DNA of 64,000 bases from Pristiophorus japonicus (GCF_044704955.1 NC_091995.1:17484001-17548000), one strand, 5' to 3'; counted from the stretch's first letter, positions 11,951 through 24,850 are shown. Notes: a model not told the origin generated them from the sequence alone. Program-made: numbers and translations.

Positions 11951-13315
11951 TTCCTACACTATTGCCATATCCCTTGATTCCCTTAATATCCAAAAATCTG
12001 CCAATCTCTATCATGAATATATTCAACGACTGAGTCTCCACAGCCCTTTGGGTATAGATAACTCCAAAGATTCACCACCCTCTGATTGAAGACAGTTCTC
12101 CTCATCTCAGTCCTAAATGGCTGATCGCTTATTCTGAGACTGTGGCCCCTGGTTCTACACTGCCCATACAGGGGAAATATGTTCGCAGCAGCTAGCCTGT
12201 TAAGACCGGTACGAATTGTGTATGTTTCAATGAGATCATCTCTCAGTCTTCTAAACTCAGTAGTACAACTTCATGAATGGGAAATATATTTCAAAGCTCT
12301 TCCCAAAATATCAGCCATAATTTGAGCAATATGTCAATCTCGAAGTATACTATTAATACTGAACGCGTGGCGATGAACCTAAACCAGATCTCTCACACTG
12401 GACAGGTTGTTATCTGATCGTTAATCCTTGCCTCATCTCTAGCTTGCAACTTTTACACACCATATTGCAATCTTTCTCTTCTCTCCCTATTTCATCGATG
12501 TCACTATTGTCGCTGTTGCCCCTTTATGTAACCTCCCTGGTTTCTCTTAACCATAAATTGCCCAATTCTGCACGCCTCCCTGCAACCTCACCCTGTTGAA
12601 ATCAAGACCGTTGCACAGAGTTCTATTTTATTGGGATGCCAAAACTGTGAAACGCCTTACCCCCATGAAATAATTGACGCCAATGGGGCGTAAAATAAGA
12701 GAAGGTGCAATCGGATGCAGGACCGAACCCGAGCCATTCCCGCCAGGCAGGCTAAATTACAATTAGAGCTCAAGGACCCCTCCCCCCAAATGTAGCTACA
12801 TGCTTTGCGACCGTTTTACTTACTCACCTTTCCGTTCGTTCAACAATTGTTCCATATCACGTCTTCCGCTGCCTCTTACATAAGAGCTACCTGCAAAATA
12901 AGTCTACTGTTGCTTCTATTCAACAGATGGAAACAAACGAATTATGGAAAGGTGAAACAAGAAGAATAAAAGTTGGAAATAGACTACAGTTCACTAAGCA
13001 TCTGAAAGAGAAAGACAGGTTCGTGATTATGGGATTGTTCGTCCGCACAGCTACTTATATTAAGTTTGACATTAACATAATCCATTGACACCTGCTCACC
13101 GAGCGAAACGGTAGATTCAGACATTTTATTCAGTAGGAAATAGGACAGGAATAAATTAGTGTGTTCAATACATTGCAGATACACAGAATAGCTGTGGACA
13201 TTTCACTCCGTTACCTCATATCCTGCCGTGTCTAACCTCACAGCGCAGGTGCACAATGGCATTAATGACCCGATTCTCCAAAAGCGTGTTATGTTGCTAC
13301 GGTACTGCAGCAGTA

Positions 13316-13349
13316 ATGAACTCAATCTGGATATGGACCTTTACTTGCG
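13316..13349 (+). CDS. Gene 1 (NCR3/NKp30-like) exon 1, leader: MNSIWIWTFTC(V)
   Basis: gcagtaATG start and a phase-1 donor G|GTAATT. Joined to the V exon it gives the signal-peptide-like MNSIWIWTFTCVTTVAA-ETITV. In-frame upstream ATGs at 13256 and 13265 are alternative starts. Confidence 0.65.
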
Positions 13350-14189
13350 GTAATTAGTTACTTTTTCAAAAAAGAAAATAGAGAGGCGCGGATAAAGCCA
13401 AACGAATAAAGAGTTTATTCATATTGCGCTACCCAATTGAAATAGTGAACAATTATTATTTTATCAACTGCTACTTGATCAGGGACAACAGAACCCAGAG
13501 TCTGTGTATCTATCTTTTTTACACGCTGTGTACTTTGTCCATGATCGCATTATTTTAGAATGTAATTTTTTTCCTCATTCCTTAGTTGCAGCTAGATGGG
13601 AGTTGATCGCAGTTTCAGTGCGCATTACTCTCTTGTAATGTGCAATTTCAAATGTTATCTGTAAGTTTGTGAATGTGGCATGGTTTGCAATGCGGATAGA
13701 AATAGGCTGAGCAACGATGCTGGCGTCCAACTGCAGTCCCCTTTGCTATTTTTAGAATTTTAAAATGTGGATTTAATAGAAATGACACTTTTATCACCGA
13801 TTTGAGAGTTTCATGTAGATAGATAGAAATATGGACAGTTGAATTGATAAAAATTGGGGTAGATATATAGACAAATTGATTCATCCATCCATCAATCCAG
13901 ACATCGAGATGGCAAGGTAGATCTGTAGCTACGAACACTTGAAACATTGTGATGCATGTCTATACATAGCTGGTTTGGATTGCTACTGATTATATTTTTT
14001 ATTAAATTTGTTCGGCTGTAAGTTTCAGAACAGTTCAGCTGATGCAATAGCTTAGCTCCAAACAGCATCAATCAGCAACAGAGCAGTTGTTGGATTAAAT
14101 AGCAGAGTGACGATTAAATGCGCGCACTCTTCCATTCTTCTTCACAACTCACCATGTATAAATATTAATGAAGGGTATCAGATGAAAGG

Positions 14190-14555
14190 TGTGAAAAATA
14201 GGTGATCTGAACGAGGTTTTCAAGATATTAAGGGGAACAGATAAGGTAGCTAGAGATAAACTATTTCCGCTGGGTGGGGAGTTTAGGGGGAATAGTCTAA
14301 AAATTAGAGCTAGACCTTTCGGGAGTGAAATTAGGAAACACTTCTACACACAAAGGGTTGTAGAAGTTTCGAACTCTCTTCTGCAAGGTAATTGTTCATT
14401 TTACATTGGAGTTTGAAAGCTTTCTGTTGATCAAAGGTATTAAGGGATATTGGCCAAAGGCGGGTATATGGAGTTAGGTCGCAGATCAGCCATTAAATGG
14501 TGGAGCAGGCTCGAGGAGCTGAATGGCCTCTTCCTGTTCCTATGTTTCTATGTGT
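14190..14555 (+). mobile_element. CR1 3' fragment
   Basis: Degenerate ORF2 C-terminus and 3'UTR tail. Confidence 0.7.
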
Positions 14556-14959
14556 GGAAATAAGCCCATATGGAGCATAAACGCCAGTTAAACCAGTTGG
14601 GTTGAATGGCCTGTTTCTGTGCGGTAGACTCTATTCAATTCCATGTGACTATGTTAATCAACTAATAGCTCCTTTAGTGTATCATTTTTGCTTTGATGCC
14701 ATGCGGTGCTCAGCAATGCAATGAGATGGAAATGATAGCAAGACTGTTATTACAAAAGCAACATTATTACTATTACACTCTGCAGGAGGGTTGGGGGGTG
14801 GAGCGGCGACGGAGGGTGGTACAGTCTCACCGATTGAGCAGTGTACTTTACCACCTTCAGTGTCATTTAAATGCTGCACACATAGATTTATGCAGCCATA
14901 TGTTTCTATCACATGAACCGAAAAATATTTTTAACCTCAAACCTTCTTCATTTACACAG

Positions 14960-15304
14960 TTACGACCGTTGCTGCGGAAACTATCACAGTAATTCAAATC
15001 CCAACCTTTGTGAATGCTACGGAGGGACAGAAGGTGGATTTGTTTTGCACGTATACTGGTCCTTTAGGGATCGGTGAGTACGTATGGCACAAGATCACTA
15101 AAGATGGATTGGTAGTCACCGAAACAATTGTGAAATACAGCGGTCGGGTGTCTCGGGCAAGTGTGGAAGATTTCAGAAAGTTGAGGGACGCTTCCATTAA
15201 AATCATGGATGTGAGACAGTATGATTCCGGCATCTATTATTGCACAGTGGAACTAATGGGATTCGAGAAAATCCACGGAGCAGGAACAACACTCAATGTA
15301 GCGC
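14960..15304 (+). CDS. NCR3: Gene 1 exon 2: VJ-type IgV domain, NKp30/NCR3-like
   Basis: Acceptor tttacacag| and donor C|GTGAGT, phase 1-1. Has the B-strand Cys (LFC), Trp (IGEYVW), YSGRV, DSGIYYC and a germline J-like HGAGTTLNV. Colinear with human NKp30 as recalled (IGSVTW...FRGRL...DASIYVCRVEVLG...GNGTRLVV). The symbol indicates family, not orthology. Confidence 0.88.
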
Positions 15305-15476
15305 GTGAGTGCATTTTTTTGCTTTTGTATTGAGGATTGAATTACTGCATAAGAGGCACACGGATACCGGTTTGTTATAAGTCAATATATGAAAGAATGT
15401 CTGTACACGGAGATGACTGCATTAGGAAGAAGTGCCTAGCGTGAAATAATACTCAGTTACTGTAGCGGATGGTTGC

Positions 15477-15498
15477 ATCTATCTATCTATCTATCTAT
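15477..15498 (+). repeat. (ATCT)n microsatellite
   Basis: atctatctatctatctatctat. Confidence 0.85.
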
Positions 15499-16799
15499 GC
15501 TACAGCATCGAAGAAAGAACGCGAGGTAAGAGGGACAAAAGTGAGAAAGGATAAATCGAAGTACAGAATGAAAATCACAGAAAGAAAATTAAAGCAAATA
15601 TTTCATATTGTGCATTTGTTTTAAGTTTTCTAATCACACAATTAGTATCCCACAACTAGAGATAAGATTGCAGTTGATCACAACATCAAGAGTTGCTAGA
15701 AACTAACAATAAAAAGGCAAAATTAGTTGCAGAAAGTTGCAGGAAATTAATGAAATATATGTCTAAGGATAACTAACATATGTAGAATAGCGCAATAAAT
15801 AACACCGTTGATCAACAAAACCAAGAAATATAACTGACAGCAGATCAGTGAGGTGGATTTTGGTCTTTACCGTTTGGGTGTTCAACATCGACTGGCGGAG
15901 CCCAGAACGGAAAATCTGGCAGGGAGCTTCACAAGACGCTTGCAGAAGCCCCCGGATTGTTTTTCCATTAATTTTAAAGGGAGGAAATCTGTTTTTTTGC
16001 CGCGGGACCATCCTCGCCGATTTTACGGTTAGGTGCTCCGCCCCAGCGATTATTTAATGTATTTAATTATTTAATGCAGGGGTTGGGCAACAATGACGCA
16101 GCCGAATTGATTGTCCATCGCTGCCGCCTTGAGAAGCAATGTTGTAGTTTCTAAGATAGTGATAGAATAAAGTGGTGTGCGGGAGGGTTGAGCGAGGGAG
16201 GAAGGATTGTGCGTGTGATTGCTAGGAGGACTGCTTGAATATACTAGAGTCCATGGGGCAATTTTAACCTAATCTGCCATTCGAGAAACTGGAGCAACTC
16301 TGAGGTTATACCCCTAATTTTGCCTTTTCATTGAACTCAGAGTTCCACTCGATCCTGAAGGTTTCCCTCCGCGTGAGTTAATTAAATCTGCCCCAATATA
16401 TGGCTGTGAAACAGAAATTGGATATAGGTATGAGAGAATCGAGGAGAGAGATAAACTGTGCTTTTGAGAACGGGGCAGATATAAAGAAGGCGAAGAGGTG
16501 ATTTGCTGGAGGTGTTTACAATCTTGAAGAGTTTAGATACAGTAAATAAAGATAAACTGTCTCCACTGGCTAAAGGGTTGATAACCGCAGCTTTAAGATG
16601 ATTGGTAAAATAATTAGAGGCGACATGAGGGAAAACCATTCTCCAAAACGAGTGGTTAGGATTTGGAATGCACTGCCTGAACGTGTGAATACAGATTCAA
16701 TAGTAGCCTTCAAAAGGGAATTGGATAAATTCTTAAATGAGAAAAAATTGCAGGAATATGGAGAAAGAGCAGGGAAGTGGGGTCAACTAGACTCTTCAA

Positions 16800-17250
16800 G
16801 TGGCAGCTGTGGCTCAGTTGGTAGCATGCTCGCCTCTGAATCAGAAGATTGTGGGTTCAAGACCCCTCCAGGAACATAAATCTAGATTGACACTCGCAGT
16901 GTAGCGTGGAGGGAGGCTGCAATGTCGGAGGTGCTGTCTTTCGGCTGAGACAATAAACCGAGTCCTGTCTACTCTCTCAGGTGGACTCAAAAGATCCCAT
17001 GGCATGATTTCGAAGAAGAGCACGGGAGTTATTCCCGGTGTCCATTTCAATATTTATCTCTAAACATCACAAAAACAGATTATTTGGTCATTATCACATT
17101 GCTGTTTGTGGGAGTTTGCTGCGTGCAAGTTGGCTGCTGCGTTTCCCACATTACAAAAGTGACTACACTCCAAAAGTACTTCATTGGCTGTAAAGCGCTT
17201 TGAGACGTCTGGTGGAACTGCATGACGCTGTATAAATGCAAGTCTTTCTT
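16800..17250 (+). mobile_element. tRNA-derived SINE (DeuSINE/SacSINE1-like)
   Basis: A box TGGCTCAGTTGG and B box GGTTCAAGACCC; core and tail shared with copies at 40553, 56013 and 59955. The family name is tentative. Confidence 0.8.
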
Positions 17251-18045
17251 AGAAACATAGAAAATAGGTGCAGGAATAGGCCTTTCGGCTCTTTGAGTCT
17301 GCACCGCCATTCAATGAGTTCATGGCTGAACATGCAACTTCAGTATCCCATTCCTGCTTTCTCGCCATACCCCTTGATTTCCCTAATAGTAAGGACTACA
17401 TCTAACTCCTTTTTGAATATATTTAGTGAATTGGCCTCAACAACTTTCTGTGGCAGAGAATTCCACAGGTTCACAACTCTCTGGGTGAAGAAGTTTCTCC
17501 TCATCTCGGTCCTAAATGGTTTACCACTTATCCTTAGACTGTGACCCCTGGTTCTGGACTTCCCCAACATTGGGAACGTTCTTCCTGCATTTAACCTGTC
17601 GAAACCCGTCAGAATTTTAAATGTTTCTATGAGATCCCCTCTCATTCTTCTGAACTCCAGTGAATACAAGCCCAGTTGATCCAGTCTTTCTTGATATGTC
17701 AGTCCCGCCATCCCGCGAATCAGTCTGGTGAACCTTCGCTGCACTCCCTCAATAGCAAGAATGTCCTTCCTCAAGTTAGGAAACCAAAACTGTACACAAT
17801 ACTCCAGGTGTGGCCTCACCAAGGCCCTGTACAACTGTAGTAGTACCTCCCTGCCCCTGTACTCAAATCCCCTCGCTATGAAGGCCAACATGCCATTTGC
17901 TTTCTTAACCGCCTGCTGTACCTGTATGCCAACCTTCAATGACTGATGTACCATGACACCCAGGTCTCGTTGCACCTCCCCTTTTCCTAATCTGTCACCA
18001 TTCAGATAATAGTCTGTCTCTCTTTTGTGGTAAAAACAGAGAGAC
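17251..18045 (-). mobile_element. CR1 3' fragment of the young family, with a short 5' inversion
   Basis: ORF 17340-17975 matches the ORF2 C-terminus; TSD-like TCTTTCT at 17244-17250 and 18047-18053. Confidence 0.9.
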
Positions 18046-18388
18046 TTCTTTCTAGAGTACTCTTCGAAAGAGCAGGCGCAGACTCCATGGGCCGAAGGGC
18101 TTCCTTTTATTCTGCATTATTCTATGATTCTATGGTGTGCATATGACGGGGATTTGTTGGAGTAGATAATTATTTTCGTCCCATTCTTTATGTCGCCAGA
18201 GCAGAGGCAATCTCTCCAGACACATCTACGTGGTCACTACACATAGCAGTTAGTGAATTTTTAAACAATTGGGTGTGACACTCCCAAAATCTAAGATGCA
18301 ATTGGGCGCTTTGGGATGAAACACAAATACTGAGTGCGTTTTTGAGGCGGGAGAGAGAAGAAAATGATTATCCTTTTTTTCACTGTAG

Positions 18389-18526
18389 GTCAGATTGATA
18401 GAACTGAAACACCCGTTAATAACCAAGATGGACTCAGAGGTATTATGCTTGGTGGTGCGGGAGGAATGGCAATTATGCTGATCACTTTTGCAATTGTGCG
18501 CATTGTGCGTTCTTGTGAAAATAGAG
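18389..18526 (+). CDS. Gene 1 exon 3: stalk plus transmembrane (QIDRTETPVNNQDGLRGIMLGGAGGMAIMLITFAIVRIVRSCENR)
   Basis: Acceptor ttttttcactgtag| and donor G|GTAATT, phase 1-1. Hydrophobic segment with an N-terminal Arg as in NKp30, and GxxxG motifs. Confidence 0.85.
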
Positions 18527-18687
18527 GTAATTACAAATTACATAGAAAGATAATGTACTGTTTCTAGCTATAATTGCAGCATCCTTACAGAACTCATGTT
18601 AACAACAAACAGTTCCAATTCACACAATTAAATGGAGGAAAGAATACTTTAAATCTGCTAATCTTGCTGCATTTGTATTCTTTGCAG

Positions 18688-18709
18688 TAGCCACTGAACA
18701 GCCACAAAG
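18688..18709 (+). CDS. Gene 1 cytoplasmic micro-exon (VATEQPQ)
   Basis: ttctttgcag| acceptor and AG|GTTGGT donor, phase 1-2, open frame. An alternative donor lies at 18714. Confidence 0.65.
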
Positions 18710-18797
18710 GTTGGTAACACTCAAAATTACTGGTTTATATTTATGGAATGTAGTTCGGAAACAACTTTCGCATCTTTCTTCTTTTGGTGTCTTGCAG

Positions 18798-18826
18798 TTT
18801 CATCGAGCTTTCCGATAAGGTTAAAG
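18798..18826 (+). CDS. Gene 1 cytoplasmic micro-exon (SFIELSDKVK)
   Basis: gtcttgcag| acceptor and G|GTAAGC donor, phase 2-1, open frame. Confidence 0.7.
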
Positions 18827-18929
18827 GTAAGCATGATGTATGGATAATCGGATTCAGGTTGTGTTCTAGGCTAAAGTTTAAATGAGTACATCATCTAGTA
18901 ATTTTCAAATAATTACTTGAATGGTTGCC

Positions 18930-19900
18930 GCAAGGAAGAGGGCCATTCTGCCCGTTGAGCCTCTGCAAGAGTATTTCAGCTAGTTCCACTCCTCCCACCT
19001 TTTTCCTGTAGCCCTGCAAATCTTTTTATTTCAGGTATTTATCCAATTCCCCCTTGAAAGCAATGATTGAGTCTGCCTCCACCACTTGTACATTCCAGAT
19101 CCTAACCACTCGCAACATAAAAAAGTTTTCCTTATGTAGCCTTTGGTTCTTTAACCAATCACCTTAAATCTGTGCCCTCTAATTCTCGACCATTCTGCCA
19201 ATGGGAAGAGTGTTTCTCTATCTACTCTGTCGAGACCCCTCATGATTTTGAACATTATCAAATCTCCTCTCAACCTTCTCTATTCTAAGGAGAACAACCC
19301 CATCTTCTACTGTCTATCCATGTAACTGAAGTCCCTCATCCCTGGAATAATTCTCGTAAATCTTTTTTGTACCGTCTCCAAGGTTTTCAAATCCTTCCTA
19401 AAGTGCGTTGCCCAGAATTGGACACAATACTCCAGTTAACCAGTGTTTTATATAGGTTCATAATAATTTGCATGCTTTTGTACTCTATACCTCTATTCAT
19501 GAAACCCAGTATCCTGTAAGGTTTTTTTAACTGCTTTCTCAAACTGCCCTGCCACCTTCAACAATTTGTGCACATATACCCCTTGGTCTCCCTGTTCATG
19601 CACCCCCTTTAGGATTGTACCCGTTAGGTTAGATTTTCTCCCCTCATTCTTATACCAAAATGTGTCTCTGTGCACCTTTCTGCATTAAAATATATCTACC
19701 ACGCATCAATCCATTCCACCAGCCTGTCTATGTCCTCTTGAAGTCTATCACTATCCTACTCACTGTTCACTATACTTCCAGGTTTTGTGTTATCTGCAAA
19801 GTTTTAAATTATGCTCGGTACAGCCACATACAAGCCATATATATCAAGAATAGCAAGGGTGCTAGTACTGACCCCTTGGGAACACCACTGTATATTTGAT
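18930..19900 (-). mobile_element. Old CR1-like LINE 3' fragment
   Basis: Degenerate RT C-terminus (KVAGQFEKAVKK) and 3'UTR. Confidence 0.75.
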
Positions 19901-20589
19901 AGAACTTTTCTGTTTGCTTGTTTGCCTTTGGTTTGCAGACATTATCCATTTTAATTTATACCACATTTCTCTTGCTGAGGTTATGGTTCCTCCCAGGAAA
20001 TGCCAACTGATCCTGTTGTCACCTGATATTCACACTTTTAGCTGTCCGACAGGCATTAAAGGGTAACAGCAAGGGCCAGTAAACCTGGCTCTCTAGTGCA
20101 TGGACCACAATTGCAGAACTATTGTGGGTCATAAATACAAGATAGTTACTAATAAATCCAGTAGGGATATAAGGAGACATGTTTTTACTTAGTGTGGTTA
20201 GAATGTGGAACTCGCTACCAGAGGAAGTTGTTGAGGGAAAATAGCTTAGATGCTTTCAAAAGGAAACTAAACAAATACACAAGAGAAGAGGGGACAGAAA
20301 GATGCTGAAAGGCTGAGATGATGTAGATGCAATGGGAAGTGATTCGTGTGGAGTATACACACCAGTACAGACTAGTTGGGCTGAATGGCCTGTTTGTGTG
20401 CTTTATATTCTGTGTAATTCTGTTCACCACAAGCCAGCAACTGGAGCGGAGACTTTCGAGCATAATTTCCTGTTTGGTGTTTCTGGGCCAAGCCCAGGTA
20501 TTCATTGGCGCTAAACCAGGGAAGAATATCCATGACCAATTTCTGCTCCATCTCAAGTGCACATTAAAATAGAAAGCACGCTGCTCAAC

Positions 20590-20960
20590 CAAAAGGCAGA
20601 TAGTGGAGGCACTTTTACTGATTTCAATGGGTCGCTTCTAGGAGATCTGGACTACCAACTCTTAACTTGGTTGCGGCTTCAGGTAATGAGGTGGAGCAGA
20701 GGTGCACTGAAGTTTATGTCCTGCAATGTAATACGGGAAAGATATACACGGTCATAGTTTCCTGCTGTGTGCTGCACAACCAAGCCATTAACAGGGGAAT
20801 CCATGGAGTAGCGAGAAGTGGAGCTGGCAGAGGAGAAACATGAGGATTTGGAAGACGAGGAAGATGTGACTGCAGCAGATCGTAGGGCTGTTGGGCTGTT
20901 ACTTGCTGAAGCATCAGGAGAAAGGCTATCTTGGAAATCTTCTCATGTCATTCAGAATAA
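20590..20960 (+). mobile_element. PIF/Harbinger transposase C-terminal remnant
   Basis: From 20751 reads VIVSCCVLHNQAINRG (Harbinger CCxLHN motif), preceded by a SRGALKF segment and followed by an acidic stretch. Confidence 0.65.
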
Positions 20961-21119
20961 CCCCTCGAGTCCATTCATTCCTCGTCAACTTCCACTCAAA
21001 TAAAGACAACCCTGGAAAGCAGAATCTGCGTCCATCTACAGTCCTTGCAACATTAATTAATCTATTGTAAAAATAGCCTCAACTCCCAGTAGCACCTAAA
21101 GGGCTTTGCCCAAAGCATA

Positions 21120-21900
21120 ATACTCATCAGTTGACTGGATGAGTGCAGCTCCAAGCACACATAAGAAGTTCGACACTATCCAGGACAAAACAACCAGCTT
21201 GATTGGCACCACATCTACTATCTTAAACATTGACACCCTCCACCACCGGCGCACCGTGGCTGCAGTGTGTACCATCTACAAGATGCTCTGCAGCAACTCA
21301 CCAAGGCTTCTTCGGCAGCACCTCACAAACCCGCGAACTCTACCACCTAGAAGGACAAGGGCAGCAGGCACATGGAAACACCACTACCTCCAAGTTCCCC
21401 TCCAAGTCACACTCCATCCTGACTTAGGTATATATCGGCCATTCCTTCATCATCGATGGGTCAAAAATCCTGGAACTCAGGATGAGTTGTCCCGAACCAG
21501 GGGGGTCACAGTCTCAGAATAAGGGGTTGACCATTTAGGACTGAGATGAGGAGAAACCTCTTCACTCAGAGGCTGGTGAATGTTTGGAATTCTCTACCCC
21601 AGCGAGCTGTGGAGGCTGTCTTTGAGTATATTCAAGACAGAGATCAAATGTTTTTTGGGGGCATTAAGAGAATCAAGGGATATGGGGATAGTTTAGGAAA
21701 GTGGAGTTGAGGTAGAAGATCAGCCATCTTGCTCCTAATGACTATGTTCTTATATTCTAACTCCCTCCCCAACAGCACTGTGGGAGCACCTTCACCACAC
21801 AGAATGCAGCAGTTCAAGAAGGCGCTACCTTCTCAAGGGCAATTAGGGATGGGCAATAAATGCTGGTCTTGCCAGCGATGCGCACACCGTAGGAATGACT
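21120..21900 (+). mobile_element. Non-LTR retrotransposon 3' fragment with a nested CR1 3' piece (~21490-21755)
   Basis: DTIQDK...LHHRRTVAAVCTIYKM is a LINE C-terminal motif; related fragments lie at ~57000 and ~58530. Confidence 0.65.
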
Positions 21901-22467
21901 ACAAAAATAATCAGCAGTCAGTGCATTTATTGGAAAGAAATCCGAAACGATGCTTCCCCTTTCTGCCAATGGCCATATTTTGTACATAGTCAATTAGTTC
22001 CTACTGTCTTCAAGCTGGCACATTGCATTAGGCCAGCTTCAGACTGCAGCTCATCTACTGGTGTGGAAACCCAAGCCCTGGCTCATGCGGAAATTCAACC
22101 CTTAAATGTGTACAGATTGCCTACAGGGCTGTTTGTGCACTGCATCAATTTGAAATAACTTTCGGTAGATTTATCAAGTGTCACAGAGATCCAATAATGC
22201 TCGCACACACCATATAAACCACTTTTCTAATGGAACTGGAGTCAACCCCAAAGTCAAGCCCTCCAGGGTGTCACACGCTGCTTCTCTGTGGACTTCATTC
22301 TAATCCAACTCTTAATTTTATTAGCACTCATTTAGCTACTGTCCTAATATATTGCATTAGACCACACGGTCCTAAGTTCTATGGTTATTATTACACTGTA
22401 TTGCAAGGTATGGTTGCATGTTTTATAACAGTGCTCTTACAAATTATGTGGTTTAATTTCATGTAAG

Positions 22468-22514
22468 ACATGGAGGACTGCAGCCCAATGTCTCAATCCA
22501 AAGATCAGCATCAG
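22468..22514 (+). CDS. Gene 1 cytoplasmic micro-exon (DMEDCSPMSQSKDQHQ)
   Basis: tttcatgtaag| acceptor and CAG|GTATGT donor, phase 1-0. Confidence 0.6.
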
Positions 22515-22630
22515 GTATGTATCATAATAGCCGAAGTCAAGTATTTAACTTACAATAAGCACACAGATGTGTTCTCATTTCTCATCACTGATTTTATTTT
22601 TACATTTCTACACGTTAAAATGACATAAAG

Positions 22631-22674
22631 GTCCATAGAGCAGAATATCCGTATTTAATAAAAATAGAACCGAG
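22631..22674 (+). CDS. Gene 1 cytoplasmic micro-exon (VHRAEYPYLIKIEP)
   Basis: First AG after a long AG-free pyrimidine tract; donor AG|GTAAGA; phase 0-2; contains YPYL. Confidence 0.55.
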
Positions 22675-23667
22675 GTAAGATTTTTGTGGCTGTTCTCCCA
22701 ATTTTCCACTGAAACCTTGGCGGAAACCCAAGAGAAAGGTTGGAAAATTGGCAGAACAGCCATGACAATTCTTTTCCTTGATGTCTTTGTTCAGCTCAGC
22801 CCGGACTTGGGGGTTTCTCCTCCTGTGCTGGCTGGTCTGCAACCTTTGCATTCCTTCTATTTTCTTTGTTAACTTCCCTTCTACAGTGATTAGAAATGGA
22901 GTGTGTTGAGCATAGCATGACTCCCAAGTCTCTTTGTACATCGTCCCCAACCAAACTCAAAACCATTGATTGACGGAAGCAAGTCTTCAATTGGTCTTCC
23001 AATGTGAAAGACACCTATATGGGATTACTCACTTGCAAATGCTCTTTGGTTATTTCTGTAATGCCTTGGCTGCTTTTTCAAACTATATGCTTCCTGCCAC
23101 TGTTTAGTGCCAGCTGTAAATTTCGTCAATTTTTATTGCGTTTCCAACTTCAGGTCAATTTGATAGATAAGGAGATGTTAGGGTTCCCCCAATCAAGCAC
23201 CATGAGTCTCCTCCAAATACATCTCAAGCTGGTGTTATTTAGCTAAGCAATACCAACTGCTCAACTGTTAACCACATCCCAGTTTTTCCCAGGATAAACC
23301 GTGTGCAGCTTTTCACGTGGAACTCCAACAAAAGCTTTCTGGAAGAATTGGCAGACTGGCTTTGAATCACTTTGGGTGTTCTAACCATCCTGTGCTGCAA
23401 CTGTGGTGGAAGATCGGCGGAAACAATTGCAAAATTACATCAACAGCATTTATACAGTTTTCCAGGGGTTTTCCTGAATTTGCGCTGAAGTTACGGTGAA
23501 TGATTGGGAGGAGAGGTGTAGAAATTGAAAACCACTGTAATTGGGCTTTGAAACATTAATTTGCTATGCTATTTGTTAACAAGTTACACAATTGAATGTT
23601 TCAGATGCTAACTGATGTCCTCTCTGCTTTATTTAAATTGAGATAGTAATATTTGCTATTGGAACAG

Positions 23668-23707
23668 AGGCGTTAACTCATCGATAATTTTGGGTGATTG
23701 CAAAAGG
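23668..23707 (+). CDS. Gene 1 cytoplasmic micro-exon (RGVNSSIILGDCKR)
   Basis: ggaacag| acceptor and AGG|GTATCT donor, phase 2-0. It restores frame between the flanking exons, but the splice sites are weaker. Confidence 0.45.
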
Positions 23708-23814
23708 GTATCTAATGTGAAATGGGTTGACACCTCAATCAACATAAGCTTGTATCTATTGATGATCAGCTGTTTATTCTACTTAAATGTTTGCGCACAT
23801 CTTATTTTCGTTAG

Positions 23815-23856
23815 GAGCACCTTATTTATCCATCCACGTCTCAACAAGTGTATTCG
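23815..23856 (+). CDS. Gene 1 cytoplasmic exon (EHLIYPSTSQQVYS), first half of ITAM
   Basis: cttattttcgttag| acceptor and TCG|GTAAGA donor, phase 0-0. Confidence 0.75.
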
Positions 23857-24089
23857 GTAAGAATATTTTTCCTTGCAGTTCTTCAACAGGGCAATCAAGT
23901 ATTATATGTGAGTTACTTTACTGTGAAGTGAAATAGAATCTAAAACCATCAATTAATTAGGGGTTTACCTTTCCCCCAATTCCCTACCCACCTCTCTTGG
24001 AGATTATGTGGCTGTGGGGGAGGAGGAGATAGCTATGAGAGTCCAGCCATCCTGATGTGGGGCAGGCTTATTGGACCAACTTGTCTTTT

Positions 24090-24850
24090 CATAGAAACAT
24101 AGGAACAGGATTGGGCCATTGAACCCCTTGAGCCTGTTCCGCCATTCAATGAGATCATGGCTGATCTGCGACTTTACTCCATAGACCCGCCCTTTCCCCA
24201 TACCCCTTAATACCATTGGTTAACAAAAATCTATCAATCTCAGATTTGAAATTAACAACTGATTGAGCATCAATTGCCGTTTGCGGAAAAGAATTCCAAA
24301 TTTCCACCACCCTTTGCGTGTAGAAGTGATTCCTAATTTCACTCCTGAAAGGTCTGGCTCTAATTTTTAGATTATGCCCCTAGTCTTGGACTCCCCAACC
24401 AATGGAAATCGTTTGTCACTATCTTTGTTCCCCAAAATATTCTGAAAACTTTAATCAAATCACCCGTTTATCTTCTAATTCTTGGGAATACTTGGGAATA
24501 CAAATCTAATTTGTGTAATCTCTCCTTGTAACTTAACTCGTGGAGTCCGGGTGTCATTCTGGTATACTTACGCTGCATTCCCTCCAAAGGCCAATATATC
24601 ACCCTAAAGTTTGGTGCAAGAACTGCTCACAGTACACCAGGTGTGGTCTAACCAGGGCTTTGTTTAGCTGCAGTATAAACATTACCCCCTTGTTCTCTAG
24701 TCCTCTAGATATAAATGCCAGCATTCCATTAGCCTGTACCTGGGGTCATGACATTCTAATGATATATGTGCCTGAACCTCCAAGTGTCTTAGGACCTCCA
24801 TTGCTTTTTTTAAAAGCTTTTCTCCATTTAGAAAATACCCATATTCCTGC
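24090..24850 (-). mobile_element. Old CR1 3' fragment
   Basis: CR1 3'UTR and degenerate RT tail. Confidence 0.75.

Noticed and set aside
15243-15274. Perfect RSS heptamer CACAGTG at the YYC cysteine of the gene 1 V exon, with nonamer-like AGAAAATCC downstream
   Set aside because: The spacer is 16 nt, not 12 or 23. The heptamer arises from Cys-Thr-Val codons, the paralogue has CAAAGTG, and the J-like strand is already germline-joined.
14960-15304. Interpretation as a rearranging TCR, Ig or IgNAR V segment
   Set aside because: No valid RSS, no D/J/C segments found, and the exon splices directly to a stalk/TM exon.
16800-16870. tRNA-like sequence
   Set aside because: It is a SINE head, continuing into the SINE core and tail; not a tRNA gene.
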